64,000 bases of DNA from a virus. Below are positions 8,468 through 18,403 of this stretch, piece after piece; the stretch's first letter is position 1; each line of letters starts with the position of its first letter. The translations under genes and the position numbers were made by a program. Where the stretch lies: positions 32,001 to 96,000 of IMG/VR virus record IMGVR_UViG_3300036773_000096. One strand, given 5' to 3'. A model generated the notes under the pieces. It was not told where the DNA came from. It did no database searches and was given only the letters and a program-made list of their open reading frames with translations.

Positions 8468-10329
8468 AGGTAGCCCAGCGCCCCGCGCAGCTTGCCGCCT
8501 TGATCCCAGCTGCGACCCGTGGCGTTGAGCTGGCCGATAGGCACCCCGTCTTGGCTGGCTTCGATGGTGCGCCCGTTGCCCAGGCTGATGGCGATGTGGC
8601 CGGGTTGGTGCAGCAGGGCCCCTCGGGTGTTGATGGCGGTCGCCACACTGATCAGGTCACACGCGGCGATCTGCTGCTCAGAGGTGCGGGGCACGTTGGG
8701 GATGCCGGCGCGGGTCGCCGCCCACTGCACGAGGCTGGAGCAGTCGAACGCGCGTGGGTCCGGGTCGGACGCGGCCGGGGTGGCGCCGTAGACATATGTC
8801 TTGCCGGTCTCCTGGAGTGCGTTGCGCACGAAAGTTTCGACTTGCCCATCGGCCCCGCCACCACTGATTCCGGCGGCCCCGGCGGTGATCGGGTTTTTGT
8901 TCGGGTCGTTGGTTGATCCCGGCGGCTGCGGAATGGGATTGACGGGCTCAATGAGGGTCACGTCGGCGCCGTCGGTGTCGGTGGCCAGCACATGCTCAAT
9001 GTCGGACACGATCATGCGGATGGGCGCGGCGGCGGTGTTGCGGGGCTGGATGTTCGGAGTGTTGTCGGCACCCATGATCCCGTAGACATCCACGGGCACG
9101 CCTGGGCGGAACAGCGCCGCACGCGCATGCGGCACCCGGCCCTTGACCTGCAACGTCTGCACCCGGTCGGCGATGGTGGCGCGCACGGTGGTGGGGATGT
9201 CCATGAACGCCTCCTCGGGCACCGCGTTGTCCCACCCGACGCGCACCGGATTGGCGGCGGCCCAGGCCATCGCGAACTGGGCGGAGCCGAAGATGATCCG
9301 GCGCCCGGAGACGAACACCCACTTGCCCAGCTCGCGCGCGAGTCGCACGATCGTTGTCCACGCCGACGGGAACTCGGTGTCGGCGACGACACCCATGGAG
9401 GGATCCCAGACGTCGCGGGCGATGGTGGTCTGGGTGGGCACGGACTCGCCGAGTAAGAATTTCGTGGGGTCGTAGCCGACGGTGGAGATCTCTTGGAACA
9501 GCCATGTGGTGGCGTCGATGTTCGACTGGGTGTGGGGGCCGCGCAGCTGTTTCAGCGCGTGGACGATGTCGTCTTCGGCGGTGACGTCGGCTTGGCCTTG
9601 CCCGTGGTCACCGGGAATGTAGGACACGGTGTCGGTGCGCATGGTGGCGTCGCGCCAGGTGAGCAGGTTGCCTGGGGTGAACAGTTTCGAGTTGGACAGG
9701 TTGAATCCGGGGTCGATGACGGAGAACGTGATGTGGGGGACCATGTCCAGGGCGGCCCGGAAGGTGGGCTCGTCGATGATCTGGAGTCCGAGACTGCCAG
9801 CGATCTGGGTGCCCATGATGCGGATGATGCCGATCGACCCGTCGGCGGTGGGGGTGTTGAACTCCAGCGGGAACGCCTTGCCCGCTCTGACTTCCTCCCC
9901 GCCGGGCGGCCCGTAGACGACGGTTTGACTGGCGGGGTCCGAGCCGGCCACCGGGGGCAGTCCGACGAGCCCGCCAGCGTTGGCGACGGCCTGGGCGGAC
10001 TCGTTCATGTAGGGCGTTTGTGCCCCGGCGTTGTAGGTCGACCACGCTTTGAGTCCTTGCCCGTCGTAGATGGCTTTGGCGGCCATCGTGTTGTAGCGGG
10101 GGTCGGACAGTAGTTGCTGGGCGTTGTATTGGGAGTGAATGGAGTTGATCTGAAACAGGCCCCGGTCGGTGGAGCCGTTTGAGTTGGCGGTGTTGATGGC
10201 GTCGACGGTCCAGCCGGATTCGGCTTTGGCGATGGCGACCATGGTGACGCGGTCTTCCGGGGGGAAGTTGGCCTCGACGACGAGTTGGGCGACCTGTGGC
10301 CCGGTGAGGTGGATCTGACCGGCGGCCAT
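8464..10329 (-). CDS. Baseplate hub with N-terminal lytic transglycosylase and C-terminal NlpC/P60 domain
   Basis: IAKAESG and DRGLFQIN (SLT); YVYGA, FDCSSLVQWA, PRTS and GHIAI (NlpC/P60 Cys-His). Confidence 0.87.
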   Translation of the reverse strand: MAAGQIHLTGPQVAQLVVEANFPPEDRVTMVAIAKAESGWTVDAINTANSNGSTDRGLFQINSIHSQYNAQQLLSDPRYNTMAAKAIYDGQGLKAWSTYNAGAQTPYMNESAQAVANAGGLVGLPPVAGSDPASQTVVYGPPGGEEVRAGKAFPLEFNTPTADGSIGIIRIMGTQIAGSLGLQIIDEPTFRAALDMVPHITFSVIDPGFNLSNSKLFTPGNLLTWRDATMRTDTVSYIPGDHGQGQADVTAEDDIVHALKQLRGPHTQSNIDATTWLFQEISTVGYDPTKFLLGESVPTQTTIARDVWDPSMGVVADTEFPSAWTTIVRLARELGKWVFVSGRRIIFGSAQFAMAWAAANPVRVGWDNAVPEEAFMDIPTTVRATIADRVQTLQVKGRVPHARAALFRPGVPVDVYGIMGADNTPNIQPRNTAAAPIRMIVSDIEHVLATDTDGADVTLIEPVNPIPQPPGSTNDPNKNPITAGAAGISGGGADGQVETFVRNALQETGKTYVYGATPAASDPDPRAFDCSSLVQWAATRAGIPNVPRTSEQQIAACDLISVATAINTRGALLHQPGHIAISLGNGRTIEASQDGVPIGQLNATGRSWDQGGKLRGALGYL

Positions 10330-10440
10330 GGACTGGGCGGGCCTCCGATCTGTGGACGGGGCTACCGGAGGTGCCGGGGGTGATCGTCGGCGTTACCCTA
10401 CGCAGCGGCGTGGCTTCGGAGGGTCCGACACTCCGATCAC

Positions 10441-10572
10441 TCAGCGTGAGTAAAATAGGCACCTCTGGGTGATTGCCTGACCACATAACGCGTGGTCGCA
10501 TCCTTCGATGGACCCCTGTGAAGAGTCTCGTAGCTCCACCGCGCATCGAGAACACACCACCCTGATCGTCAT
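10441..10572 (-). CDS. Possible 43-aa Cys-rich protein
   Basis: MTIRVVCSRCAVELRDSSQGSIEGCDHALCGQAITQRCLFYSR, read manually; below the ORF-track cutoff. Confidence 0.3.
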   Translation of the reverse strand: MTIRVVCSRCAVELRDSSQGSIEGCDHALCGQAITQRCLFYSR

Positions 10573-10675
10573 GGATCTCTACGGTGTCCACGGCTGTCTC
10601 GATGCCCCCACCGACCCCGTCCCCGAACCGGCGTGTTTCGCCCGAATCCCCCACCAGCGAGGGAAGCCTGTCTAA

Positions 10676-11485
10676 ATGACCATCGCGGCCGAGCCCGCCG
10701 AACACCTACCCCACCATGCGGCACACACCGTCGCGTGGCGGCTCCCACGGTGGGCCCGGCCCCTACTACTGACCGTGCACATCGCCGCATCAGTCGGATG
10801 GCTCGGTGTCGACGGTGCGGTCGTCGGCCTGGAGATCGCCCGACGGGTCAGCCACAACGCCGCCGAAGCGTCCAGCGCCAGCACCGCCATAGCTCAACTG
10901 GCGTGGTGGGCTGTGGTTCCCACCGTAGCCGTCTCGCTGATTACGGGGCTCGTATTGTCGGCGAGCACCGCGTGGGGACTGTTTCGCTACTGGTGGGTCG
11001 TAGGCAAGGTCATCGCCGTGTACGTCTTGACCATCGCTGGTGCCCTCACCGTGGCGCTGCACGGTCCCACCCTGCTGCCCCGCGCGCTGGTACTGCTGTG
11101 CCTGCTCGCCGCCATCGCACTGTCGGTTTTCAAGCCGTGGGGGCGCACCCGACACGGCAGGCATGTCTTCGCCGCTGCTCGCGCGGAGCGCGCCGCCTGG
11201 GAGTACACCGCCCACCCCGGCGCGACACCACAGCACCGTCGAGGCATACCGCAAGTGACCCCGCGCGTCCTAGACGCGGGTGCTCCACCCGCTGCCCCGC
11301 ACCAGGCCAACGATCAGCAAGATCAGCCCGATGATAGCTACGATGATGCCCACGATGTAGCAGATGGCGCTGAGCGGGTAGGGCAGCAGGCCGTTGATGG
11401 CGACCAGCACCACCCCGATGATAAGCATGATCAAAGCGTTGAGCCACGGCATGAGAACCCTCCTACGGTGGAATTACCAGCGTGA
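10676..11485 (+). CDS. DUF2269-like membrane protein, antisense to the tail operon
   Basis: LTVHIAASVGWLG, TAWGLFRYWWVVGK and SVFKPWGRT motifs; the last ~75 aa overlap minus-strand genes and look like run-on. Confidence 0.65.
   Translation: MTIAAEPAEHLPHHAAHTVAWRLPRWARPLLLTVHIAASVGWLGVDGAVVGLEIARRVSHNAAEASSASTAIAQLAWWAVVPTVAVSLITGLVLSASTAWGLFRYWWVVGKVIAVYVLTIAGALTVALHGPTLLPRALVLLCLLAAIALSVFKPWGRTRHGRHVFAAARAERAAWEYTAHPGATPQHRRGIPQVTPRVLDAGAPPAAPHQANDQQDQPDDSYDDAHDVADGAERVGQQAVDGDQHHPDDKHDQSVEPRHENPPTVELPA
11270..11452 (-). CDS. Small two-TM hydrophobic protein
   Basis: 60 aa, two hydrophobic stretches, GGAG RBS, directly downstream of the LysM gene. Confidence 0.65.
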   Translation of the reverse strand: MPWLNALIMLIIGVVLVAINGLLPYPLSAICYIVGIIVAIIGLILLIVGLVRGSGWSTRV

Positions 11486-12158
11486 TGCCCACAGCCATTG
11501 TCTGCGGGGTCGCGATCTTGTCACGGTTCGCGTCGTAGATGACCGGCCACCGGTCACCGCGCCCATAGAGCTTCTGCGCGATCCCCCACAGCGTGTCCCC
11601 CGGTGCCGTCGTGTACGACTTCGCCGGGGCGCTGCTCTGCGGTGCCGCGACCGGCGCGGGAGCCACGGGCGAGGACACCGGGCCGGTGTTCGGGGACGTC
11701 TCACTGGCACGGGTCATCGTGATGTCAGCGGTCGCTCGGATGATCAGGTTCGTGTCCGGGTGGCGCAGCACACTGGACACCGCCAGCGCCGTGATCCGCC
11801 ACAGCCCGGCCTCCTGATCGGAGTAGCGCATCATGACCCGCATCCGGGACTTCGCGACCAGCTTCAGCGTGTTGATGTAGCCCGACTGGTCGGCGTAGAA
11901 GTCGTCCGGGTCGCCGATGTTGATGGTGAATCGCATCGTGTCGAGCTTGTCGGCCTTGCGCACCAGTAGCGGCACGAGGCCCACTCTCGAGACTTGCACC
12001 CAATCCTGCTCCCACACGCCGTACTCGATGACCGGCGGCGCGAAACGGAACGTGAAGCTCGCCGACCCATCCTCAGTGAGCAGGTAGGCGCGCTGGCCGG
12101 GCACAGCGGTGAAGCTCACCCCGCTCACCGGGTCGCGGATGACCGCCAGCGCCATCAC
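11463..12158 (-). CDS. Tail tube initiator / LysM-domain protein
   Basis: C-terminal YTTAPGDTLWGIAQKLYG..W..IYDANR LysM; follows the tape measure. Confidence 0.87.
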   Translation of the reverse strand: MMALAVIRDPVSGVSFTAVPGQRAYLLTEDGSASFTFRFAPPVIEYGVWEQDWVQVSRVGLVPLLVRKADKLDTMRFTINIGDPDDFYADQSGYINTLKLVAKSRMRVMMRYSDQEAGLWRITALAVSSVLRHPDTNLIIRATADITMTRASETSPNTGPVSSPVAPAPVAAPQSSAPAKSYTTAPGDTLWGIAQKLYGRGDRWPVIYDANRDKIATPQTMAVGITLVIPP

Positions 12159-14701
12159 GGCCTCCTGGGTGAGCTGTAGCGGTATCGGTCGGACAGCCCG
12201 GCGAGACGGTCAGGTGAGCGCACCGGGGGCGACTGGTCGGGTGGCCGGCGCGCGCTGGCCAGCACGGCGGCGGCCAGATCGTTGATGGCCTCGACCACTT
12301 CCCTCGACCCGGTGTCGACATTGACCGACACGTGCGGGGAGCCCGGTGCGGCGCTGCCCCGGCCCAGCAGTGCCCCGTAGCCGGGCACTGCCCCGGCTAC
12401 CGCGTCGGCGACCGATGTGGGGAGCCGGTCGGCGAGCATCGGGAACTTGCTCAGCGTGCCCAGGTTGGGCACGACGTAGCCGCCGCGTGGGAGGTCGGTG
12501 CGCAGCTCCGGCCCGTGGGTTCCGATCATGCCCAGGAACTGGCCACCCTTGATCAGGGCTTCGGGGCCTTGCTCGCCGACGATGGCGGTGCCGTACTCGA
12601 TCGTGCCGCCCTGGGCTAGCAGCGGCATCTTCGGCAGGCTGAAGTTGGTGCCCCCCACCAGTGGCACCCAGGAGGGTATGGAGATGGTGGGGATCAGGTT
12701 CCAGCCTTTGGCGATGAGGTTGTAGGCCCCCTTGATGATGTTCCACAGCTCCACGAACGGGGCGGCGGCGGCCTTGGCGATCCAGATGAACACCGCGACA
12801 ACGTCGTTGCCGACGGCCTTGACCCCGTCGCGGAACCACGCGAACTTGTTCCACATATAGATGAAGGCCAGCACCAGCAGCATGATCCCGATGATGATCA
12901 AGCCGATGGGGTTGGACGCGAACGCCGTGGCGATGGCCCGGCCGACGAACATGATCCCAGTGCCCATGGCCTCGAACAGCGGGACCACCCAGCGCATGAT
13001 GAACCCCAGGGCACCGATGGACCGCGACCACTCCATCAGTTTTTCGACCTTGGAGAACAGGCTCAGCACGCCGCCCACGGCCTTCGCGCCCGCGCCGAAC
13101 ACCGTGAACAGGGTCAAGGCCGTTCCGATGAGTAGGCCCAGGCCGGGCACGTGGGCGACTAAGAACACGATGCCCCCGGCGAGGATCGCGATCGCCTGAA
13201 TGATGATCGTCAGGCCACCCAGAGGGATCCTGCTCAGAGCCAGGGCGATCTGAGTGAACGCACTGACCAGCGCAGAACCGAACCCACCGGTACCGGCCCC
13301 GGACAGGTTGTGAAACAGCGCCCCCAGCGCCGGCAGTAGCTCCGTGCGGATCTGGGCGATCAGTGCCGCGACCTGCGGGTTGGTGCCGATCCCGCTGATG
13401 CCGTGCAACAGCGCCAGCAGGAGCAGTCCCGTCTCGCGCAGGATCGGCACGGAGTCGGTGAAGAACTTCGTGATCCGGGCGGCGCCTTGGGCTGACGTCG
13501 TCCAGGCCCGGAACTTCGCCGAAGCGGCCTCCATGCCGCCGCCGAGCTGGTCACGCGCGACCCCGCCCGCGATGGCGAAAATGTGGAACAGCCCGACGAG
13601 GAAGTTCTCCAGGATCCGGCCATCGGTTTTCATCTGATCCCAGGCCCGGCTCATGAACGCCTGGGCTTTGCCGGAGTCGGTCATGCGCTTTGACCACGCG
13701 TCGAGTTTCGTGGTCACGTTGTCCAGGCCGTGAGCCATCGACGTCGTCATGGGCAGCGCCGCGACCGCCAGGTTCAGCAGGGTCGTCAGCACGTGGCCTA
13801 GCGAGTTGCCCATCAGCCCCACCAGGGGGGTGACCCCAGCGAACAGGGTGCCGATCTGGCTGACCTGGCGCGTCCCGGAGACCATGTCGCCGACGTGGGC
13901 GACCGCGCCACCGAACGCACCGGACAGCCCCACCAGGCCGGTGCGCAGGGTGGGGATCATCCGGTCGTGGATCTCTTTGTCGAACGCCTGGATGCCCGGC
14001 ACCATCGCCTGGGTGATCACCGTGCGCATCGCGAGGAAGTCGTTGGTCAACGGACGCAGCAGTGCCCCGATATCCTTGCCGCTGATCTTCATCAGGGCCA
14101 TGCCGGCGGCAGCGAGGAACAACGCCGGCCCCAGCGCGCCCGCGACCCCCACCAGTGGCGCCATGTGGCCCACGGCCATCACCGCGCCGGCCCCCAGCGA
14201 CACCAGCATGCCGACGACGGCTTGACCGCCCGTGAGGATCGCGCCCCACTTGATCAGCATGATCATCGACTTCAGGCCGCCGGTCGCCTTGCTGGCCTTA
14301 TTCGCCGACTTCGCCCACGCCTCCAGCGTTGACACATGCTTCTTAGCGCCACCGGTCGAGGAGTTCTGGGCTCTGGTCGCGCTGTTGACCGAATTGGCGA
14401 GCTTGGTGTATCCCAGGCTGCCTGCTGCGGCCTTCGCCCCCGACGCGGCGGCAGCGTTCCCGGCCGCCTTGGCGGCGGGCACGAACTGACCCAGGGCGTT
14501 GCGGGCGCGCTGGGTGGAGTTCTTGGCCTTGTCCATCCCTTCGTCAAGCTCTTCACCGGACTTGATCCCGGCCTTGCCCAGGGAGCCCAGCGCGTGATCG
14601 GCCTCCTCCGCTGCGACCGTGGCCCGATCCAAGGCGTCGGTGATGTCGCCGGACATTGACGCCCTGATATGCACGTCATCGTCAGAGCCGGCCACAATCA
14701 C
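12155..14701 (-). CDS. Tape measure protein
   Basis: 848 aa, Ala/Gly/Leu-rich helical, SNPIGLII..LVLAFIYMWNKFAWFRD and GEQGPE motifs. Confidence 0.92.
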   Translation of the reverse strand: MIVAGSDDDVHIRASMSGDITDALDRATVAAEEADHALGSLGKAGIKSGEELDEGMDKAKNSTQRARNALGQFVPAAKAAGNAAAASGAKAAAGSLGYTKLANSVNSATRAQNSSTGGAKKHVSTLEAWAKSANKASKATGGLKSMIMLIKWGAILTGGQAVVGMLVSLGAGAVMAVGHMAPLVGVAGALGPALFLAAAGMALMKISGKDIGALLRPLTNDFLAMRTVITQAMVPGIQAFDKEIHDRMIPTLRTGLVGLSGAFGGAVAHVGDMVSGTRQVSQIGTLFAGVTPLVGLMGNSLGHVLTTLLNLAVAALPMTTSMAHGLDNVTTKLDAWSKRMTDSGKAQAFMSRAWDQMKTDGRILENFLVGLFHIFAIAGGVARDQLGGGMEAASAKFRAWTTSAQGAARITKFFTDSVPILRETGLLLLALLHGISGIGTNPQVAALIAQIRTELLPALGALFHNLSGAGTGGFGSALVSAFTQIALALSRIPLGGLTIIIQAIAILAGGIVFLVAHVPGLGLLIGTALTLFTVFGAGAKAVGGVLSLFSKVEKLMEWSRSIGALGFIMRWVVPLFEAMGTGIMFVGRAIATAFASNPIGLIIIGIMLLVLAFIYMWNKFAWFRDGVKAVGNDVVAVFIWIAKAAAAPFVELWNIIKGAYNLIAKGWNLIPTISIPSWVPLVGGTNFSLPKMPLLAQGGTIEYGTAIVGEQGPEALIKGGQFLGMIGTHGPELRTDLPRGGYVVPNLGTLSKFPMLADRLPTSVADAVAGAVPGYGALLGRGSAAPGSPHVSVNVDTGSREVVEAINDLAAAVLASARRPPDQSPPVRSPDRLAGLSDRYRYSSPRRP

Positions 14702-14763
14702 CTCCGAAGGTCAGGGGTGATCGTCGCAGCGTGGCCAGTCGGTAACCGGCAGACACGCAGGAG

Positions 14764-14994
14764 CTAGGACCGCTGGGCGCGCTTGGCTTCAGCCTCTTCA
14801 CTTCGGGCCACGTAGCGAGCCGCTGCGATCCGTACCAGCATGCGCCAGTCGTCACCGTCGTCATCGAGCATCGCGGCCGGATCCTGCCGGAACATCCGCG
14901 CCACCATCGCCGCCTCCCGCACCGGCCCCAGGCCCGCTAGCCATTCGATAGTCGCTTCACGCCGCAGCTCACGCGGGTGCGGCGTTACGTAGGG
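14764..14994 (-). CDS. Tail assembly chaperone C-terminal extension (-1 frame)
   Basis: Open 76-codon frame PYVTPHPRELRREATIEWL..ARMFRQDP..RIAAARYVARSEEAEAKRAQRS starting at the chaperone 3' end; not in the ORF track. Confidence 0.7.
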   Translation of the reverse strand, partial: PYVTPHPRELRREATIEWLAGLGPVREAAMVARMFRQDPAAMLDDDGDDWRMLVRIAAARYVARSEEAEAKRAQRS

Positions 14995-15536
14995 TCCGCG
15001 TCACTCTCGCCCGGCTTGGACTCCCCGTAGCCGCAGCGATCCAGCAGGGCCTCCCCCGCGCGCAGCAGGAACACGTCCCTGACGAAGATGCGCTGCACCG
15101 CCACGGACGCTTCAGCGGCCCCGAACGCCGCGAGAACCTGTGGGGAGTCGAACCCGCCAGCCAGTGGCCGGTAGGAGCCGTCGGCCTGAAGCAGAGCGAT
15201 CTCGGTGACCTGCTCGCCGATGAGGCCAGCGAACATCGTGACCTCGTCGAGCTTCTTTAGATCCGGGATGCGCTTGCGCCGCGCCGCCAGCGGCAGTGCC
15301 GCCAGCTGGATGCGTTTCAGGTCCGGCTGCGCGAGGTCCGTTGAGCAGGTCAAGCGGATCACGTCACCCGGCGAGTACAGCTCGAAGTCGGGGAAGTCCT
15401 GATCGGCGACCTCACTGGCCTGATCCAGGGCCAGGCGCAGCTCGTCGAGACTCGACATCGCCGGAGCGGATGGTGGTTCGTCGACCGGATGCTTGTCGGC
15501 GTAGCCGACACCAGCAGGGTCGTAAACGTTGGTCAC
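14985..15536 (-). CDS. Tail assembly chaperone
   Basis: Between tube and tape measure; ends DADPT* at GGACCCTACGTAA. Confidence 0.8.
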   Translation of the reverse strand: MTNVYDPAGVGYADKHPVDEPPSAPAMSSLDELRLALDQASEVADQDFPDFELYSPGDVIRLTCSTDLAQPDLKRIQLAALPLAARRKRIPDLKKLDEVTMFAGLIGEQVTEIALLQADGSYRPLAGGFDSPQVLAAFGAAEASVAVQRIFVRDVFLLRAGEALLDRCGYGESKPGESDADPT

Positions 15537-15621
15537 GCGATCTCCTCACAGGGGCGGTCAGACGGTCCGGGCCGGTCTCGCCCCTGTGAAGCCGAGACCG
15601 GCCCGCACCGCCCGCAGGCGG

Positions 15622-16035
15622 CTAGCTCAGGTTGTTCACCGCGAAGGTCAGTTCATAGGTGGCGGCCTCACCGGAGTTGGCGTCGACGTCGGGGAGCTTC
15701 ACGCCGGACAGCACCGCCCCGGTGTAGACGAACGGCTTCACCCCAGCGATCCGGGACATATCCCCGAACAGCGGCACCTTAGTGATCGTGGTCGACAGCA
15801 CCCCCACCTGCCCCAGCAGGTTGGACAGCATCGCGCCGTCAACATCGGAGTCGTAGGCGTTTTTCACCACCACATCCGACGTTTCCGGGGGGGAGAAAAT
15901 GTTGTCGCTGGAGATCGCCCCGCCGTCGCGCCACTTCGTCACATCGGACTTCTTTTCACCGCCGGTCTGCTCGGTGAACGTCCGGGAGCCCAGGGCGGCC
16001 ACCGTGACCAAGAATTGACGTGCCGCAGCCTTCAT
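15622..16035 (-). CDS. Tail tube protein
   Basis: 137 aa after the sheath; FTEQTGG..KWRDGG and PDVDANSGEAATYELTF motifs. Confidence 0.87.
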   Translation of the reverse strand: MKAAARQFLVTVAALGSRTFTEQTGGEKKSDVTKWRDGGAISSDNIFSPPETSDVVVKNAYDSDVDGAMLSNLLGQVGVLSTTITKVPLFGDMSRIAGVKPFVYTGAVLSGVKLPDVDANSGEAATYELTFAVNNLS

Positions 16036-16046
16036 CTACCTACTCC

Positions 16047-17510
16047 TCAGAATCGCCGGGTCACGCCGACCTTGGTGACGGTGAGCGCGATCAACGCCCC
16101 CGTGGGGGACACCCGCACCGCGCACGTCGCCTGCACCATGTTCGCGCTGGCCACCTCACGGCTGGGGTCAGTGGTGATCGAGAAGCCGGGGTCGCGTTCG
16201 ATCGGGGTACCGCCCAGCGGGTCGGCGTCGATCCACGGATAGAGCCCGCCAGCGTCAGCCATTGGCAGCACGAGCCCCGTCAGGGCGCCCTCCACGCGGG
16301 CCAGCAGATGCCCGCGTGCGTCGATGGTGGAGAACACCATCGGATCCAGGGCCTGCTGGGAGGCGACGACGATGCGGTTGATGACGTCGATACCTGTGAG
16401 CAGCCGCCAGTTGGCGATGTCGGAAGACAGCGACCGCCAGCCGTAGAGCCGGACCCCACCGGACACCGGCAGGATCGGGGAGACCTTCGCGTCCTCTAAG
16501 GCGTTAGCGGTGGCGGAGTCGAAGATTTGATCGGGGGCCACCACCACGATCGACCGAGCGCGGTCACCCGCTGGGGCCTGCCACGGGCCGACGTCGCGGT
16601 GCGCCCGTGCCCGCACGGCCGCGATGTAGCCGTCGCACGGAATGGAGGACAGGCCGCCGAAGGCGTCGCGGGTCTGCACCCACGGGCCGAACAGTCCCGC
16701 GTACTCACTGTCATAGGACGCGGCCAGGGTGGCGAGCTGAGTGGAGGTCGACCCGCGCGCGGAGACCAGGATCGCGAGACGGTTGTTGGCTTTGGCGTGC
16801 GCGATCAGCCCGGTGTGGGTGGCGTCGCCACCACCGGGGATGGCGACGCACCCGTCGCCGTACTGGGGACCGAAGCGGGCCAGGGCGGCCACCAGGGAAG
16901 TGGCGTTGACCGAGCTGCGGTCATCGGTGCCCGCGCCCAGGGCGACCGGGCCGACGACGGCCGGGTTGTTGTTCGGTGCCACCGTGGCCGACGCGAGGTC
17001 GGTGACCGAGACCCACGAGCTGCCGGCGGTTTTGGTGACCGCGTCCTGGGGGGAGGACAGGTTGGCGTAACGCTCCACTTCGATCCCGAGATAAAGGACC
17101 GAGAGGATGAACGTGTTGGGCACCGTGCCCGCGAGGATCTGCACCGTGACGTCTGAGGACCACGAGCCGGGGCCCTTGGCGGTCACCTGCAACGTCGACA
17201 GTGGTGTTCCGGCCCGGTCGACCAGCGGCGTCCCCAGGGAGCCCTGGGTGGCGGCCGGGCCGACGACGCGGGCGACGTAGGCTTCCCCGCCGCCTTCAGC
17301 GAAGAACATCGCGATGTCGTCATAAAGGTTGCCGTAGGACGGTCGGGTGCCGAAGGTGGCCTCGAACTGTGCCAGCGACGTCACGCGTGCCACATCGGTG
17401 GCCGACCCGCGCGCGGCCAGCCCGACTGCGAAGTAGGACGCGCTCGGTACGGGGATGGGGAACAGTGAGCCGGCCGCAGCGGTGCGGGTGACGGTGACAC
17501 CTACAGCCAT
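16047..17510 (-). CDS. Tail sheath protein
   Basis: AKGPGSWS, LGAGTDD, FGPWV, WQAPAG and LYGWRSL sheath motifs. Confidence 0.95.
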   Translation of the reverse strand: MAVGVTVTRTAAAGSLFPIPVPSASYFAVGLAARGSATDVARVTSLAQFEATFGTRPSYGNLYDDIAMFFAEGGGEAYVARVVGPAATQGSLGTPLVDRAGTPLSTLQVTAKGPGSWSSDVTVQILAGTVPNTFILSVLYLGIEVERYANLSSPQDAVTKTAGSSWVSVTDLASATVAPNNNPAVVGPVALGAGTDDRSSVNATSLVAALARFGPQYGDGCVAIPGGGDATHTGLIAHAKANNRLAILVSARGSTSTQLATLAASYDSEYAGLFGPWVQTRDAFGGLSSIPCDGYIAAVRARAHRDVGPWQAPAGDRARSIVVVAPDQIFDSATANALEDAKVSPILPVSGGVRLYGWRSLSSDIANWRLLTGIDVINRIVVASQQALDPMVFSTIDARGHLLARVEGALTGLVLPMADAGGLYPWIDADPLGGTPIERDPGFSITTDPSREVASANMVQATCAVRVSPTGALIALTVTKVGVTRRF

Positions 17511-17560
17511 GCGGCCCTCCCGGATGTGGACACGGGGCGGATCATCGCACCGCGAAGGGC

Positions 17561-17767
17561 CTAGTCAGTCCGCGACGCGCCGTCAGCCTTCGGTGCGGCC
17601 AGCAGTAGCTGCCCCGCGTTCAGCGCGGTGCGCCCCACGTCGTCGACCTCCTCGACCTCGACGCGCTCCCCACCGCCGAGACTGTCCCCCGCCTCGGTGT
17701 AGACCACGCCCGCCGTACCGGGGTTGATCAAAGTACTGGGGGTGGGTTTCTTGTTCGCAGTGGCCAT
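17561..17767 (-). CDS. Small virion-associated protein
   Basis: 68 aa just upstream of the sheath gene; LINPG..VYTEAG pattern. Confidence 0.55.
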   Translation of the reverse strand: MATANKKPTPSTLINPGTAGVVYTEAGDSLGGGERVEVEEVDDVGRTALNAGQLLLAAPKADGASRTD

Positions 17768-17770
17768 CGG

Positions 17771-18403
17771 TCAAGCTCCGATCGGGTGCATGAACGGGAC
17801 GAGAGTGACGCGCAGATCCAGCGTGTTGAACGTCCCCAGGTCCGGCAGGGTCGAGGGGATCCCAGAGGCATACTCGTGGTCGATCTCGTAAGCCAGCAGT
17901 GCGGCGGCCCGGACGTGGGAGGTCTTCAGCCGCACCGGCTCCGATGACTCCTCGGAGATTGTGGCGGGATTGAGCAGGAATCCGGTGTCCCCGAAAGCCG
18001 GCGGCGGCGCCAGCGTCGGGTAGGTCATCAGACTGTCCCGGCACGCGGCGGCCAGTCGGTCCCGCTGATCCAGGGCGGTCTTCCACTCTTTGGCCAGCAC
18101 CCAGACATAGATCCGTGCGGTGTAGCGGTAGCGGTAGATCATGTAGCCCAGGTTGTTCAGGCCCATCGCGCGGGTGCGGGGCATCAGCCGGGGCGTGATC
18201 ACCTCGACCCAGGTGTCGCCCCGGTGATCCAAGGCGTTGTCCGCCGCCTCCCCCGACGTGATCATGTCCGGGGTGGGGATCTCTTTTTCACCCAACGCCC
18301 ACAAGTGCACCATGCCCGCGATCCGGCCCGGCAGGTCCGCGATCAGCAGATCCGCCACCTGATCCCGCACGGCGATCGCACCGTGCTCAGAGGGCATGGT
18401 CAC
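17771..18403 (-). CDS. Tail terminator / completion protein (putative)
   Basis: Position between the gpG-like gene and sheath; 210 aa alpha/beta pattern. Confidence 0.62.
   Translation of the reverse strand: MTMPSEHGAIAVRDQVADLLIADLPGRIAGMVHLWALGEKEIPTPDMITSGEAADNALDHRGDTWVEVITPRLMPRTRAMGLNNLGYMIYRYRYTARIYVWVLAKEWKTALDQRDRLAAACRDSLMTYPTLAPPPAFGDTGFLLNPATISEESSEPVRLKTSHVRAAALLAYEIDHEYASGIPSTLPDLGTFNTLDLRVTLVPFMHPIGA

Noticed and set aside
9608-10705. 365-aa minus-strand ORF overlapping the hub gene
   Set aside because: Off-frame composition; the hub frame carries the recognisable domains
3186-17560. CGA(C/T)GATC(A/C)C-like words upstream of several tail genes (about 3190, 10380, 14718, 17540) as a late promoter
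   Set aside because: No consistent spacing to a second element or to start codons; too short to separate from chance by eye
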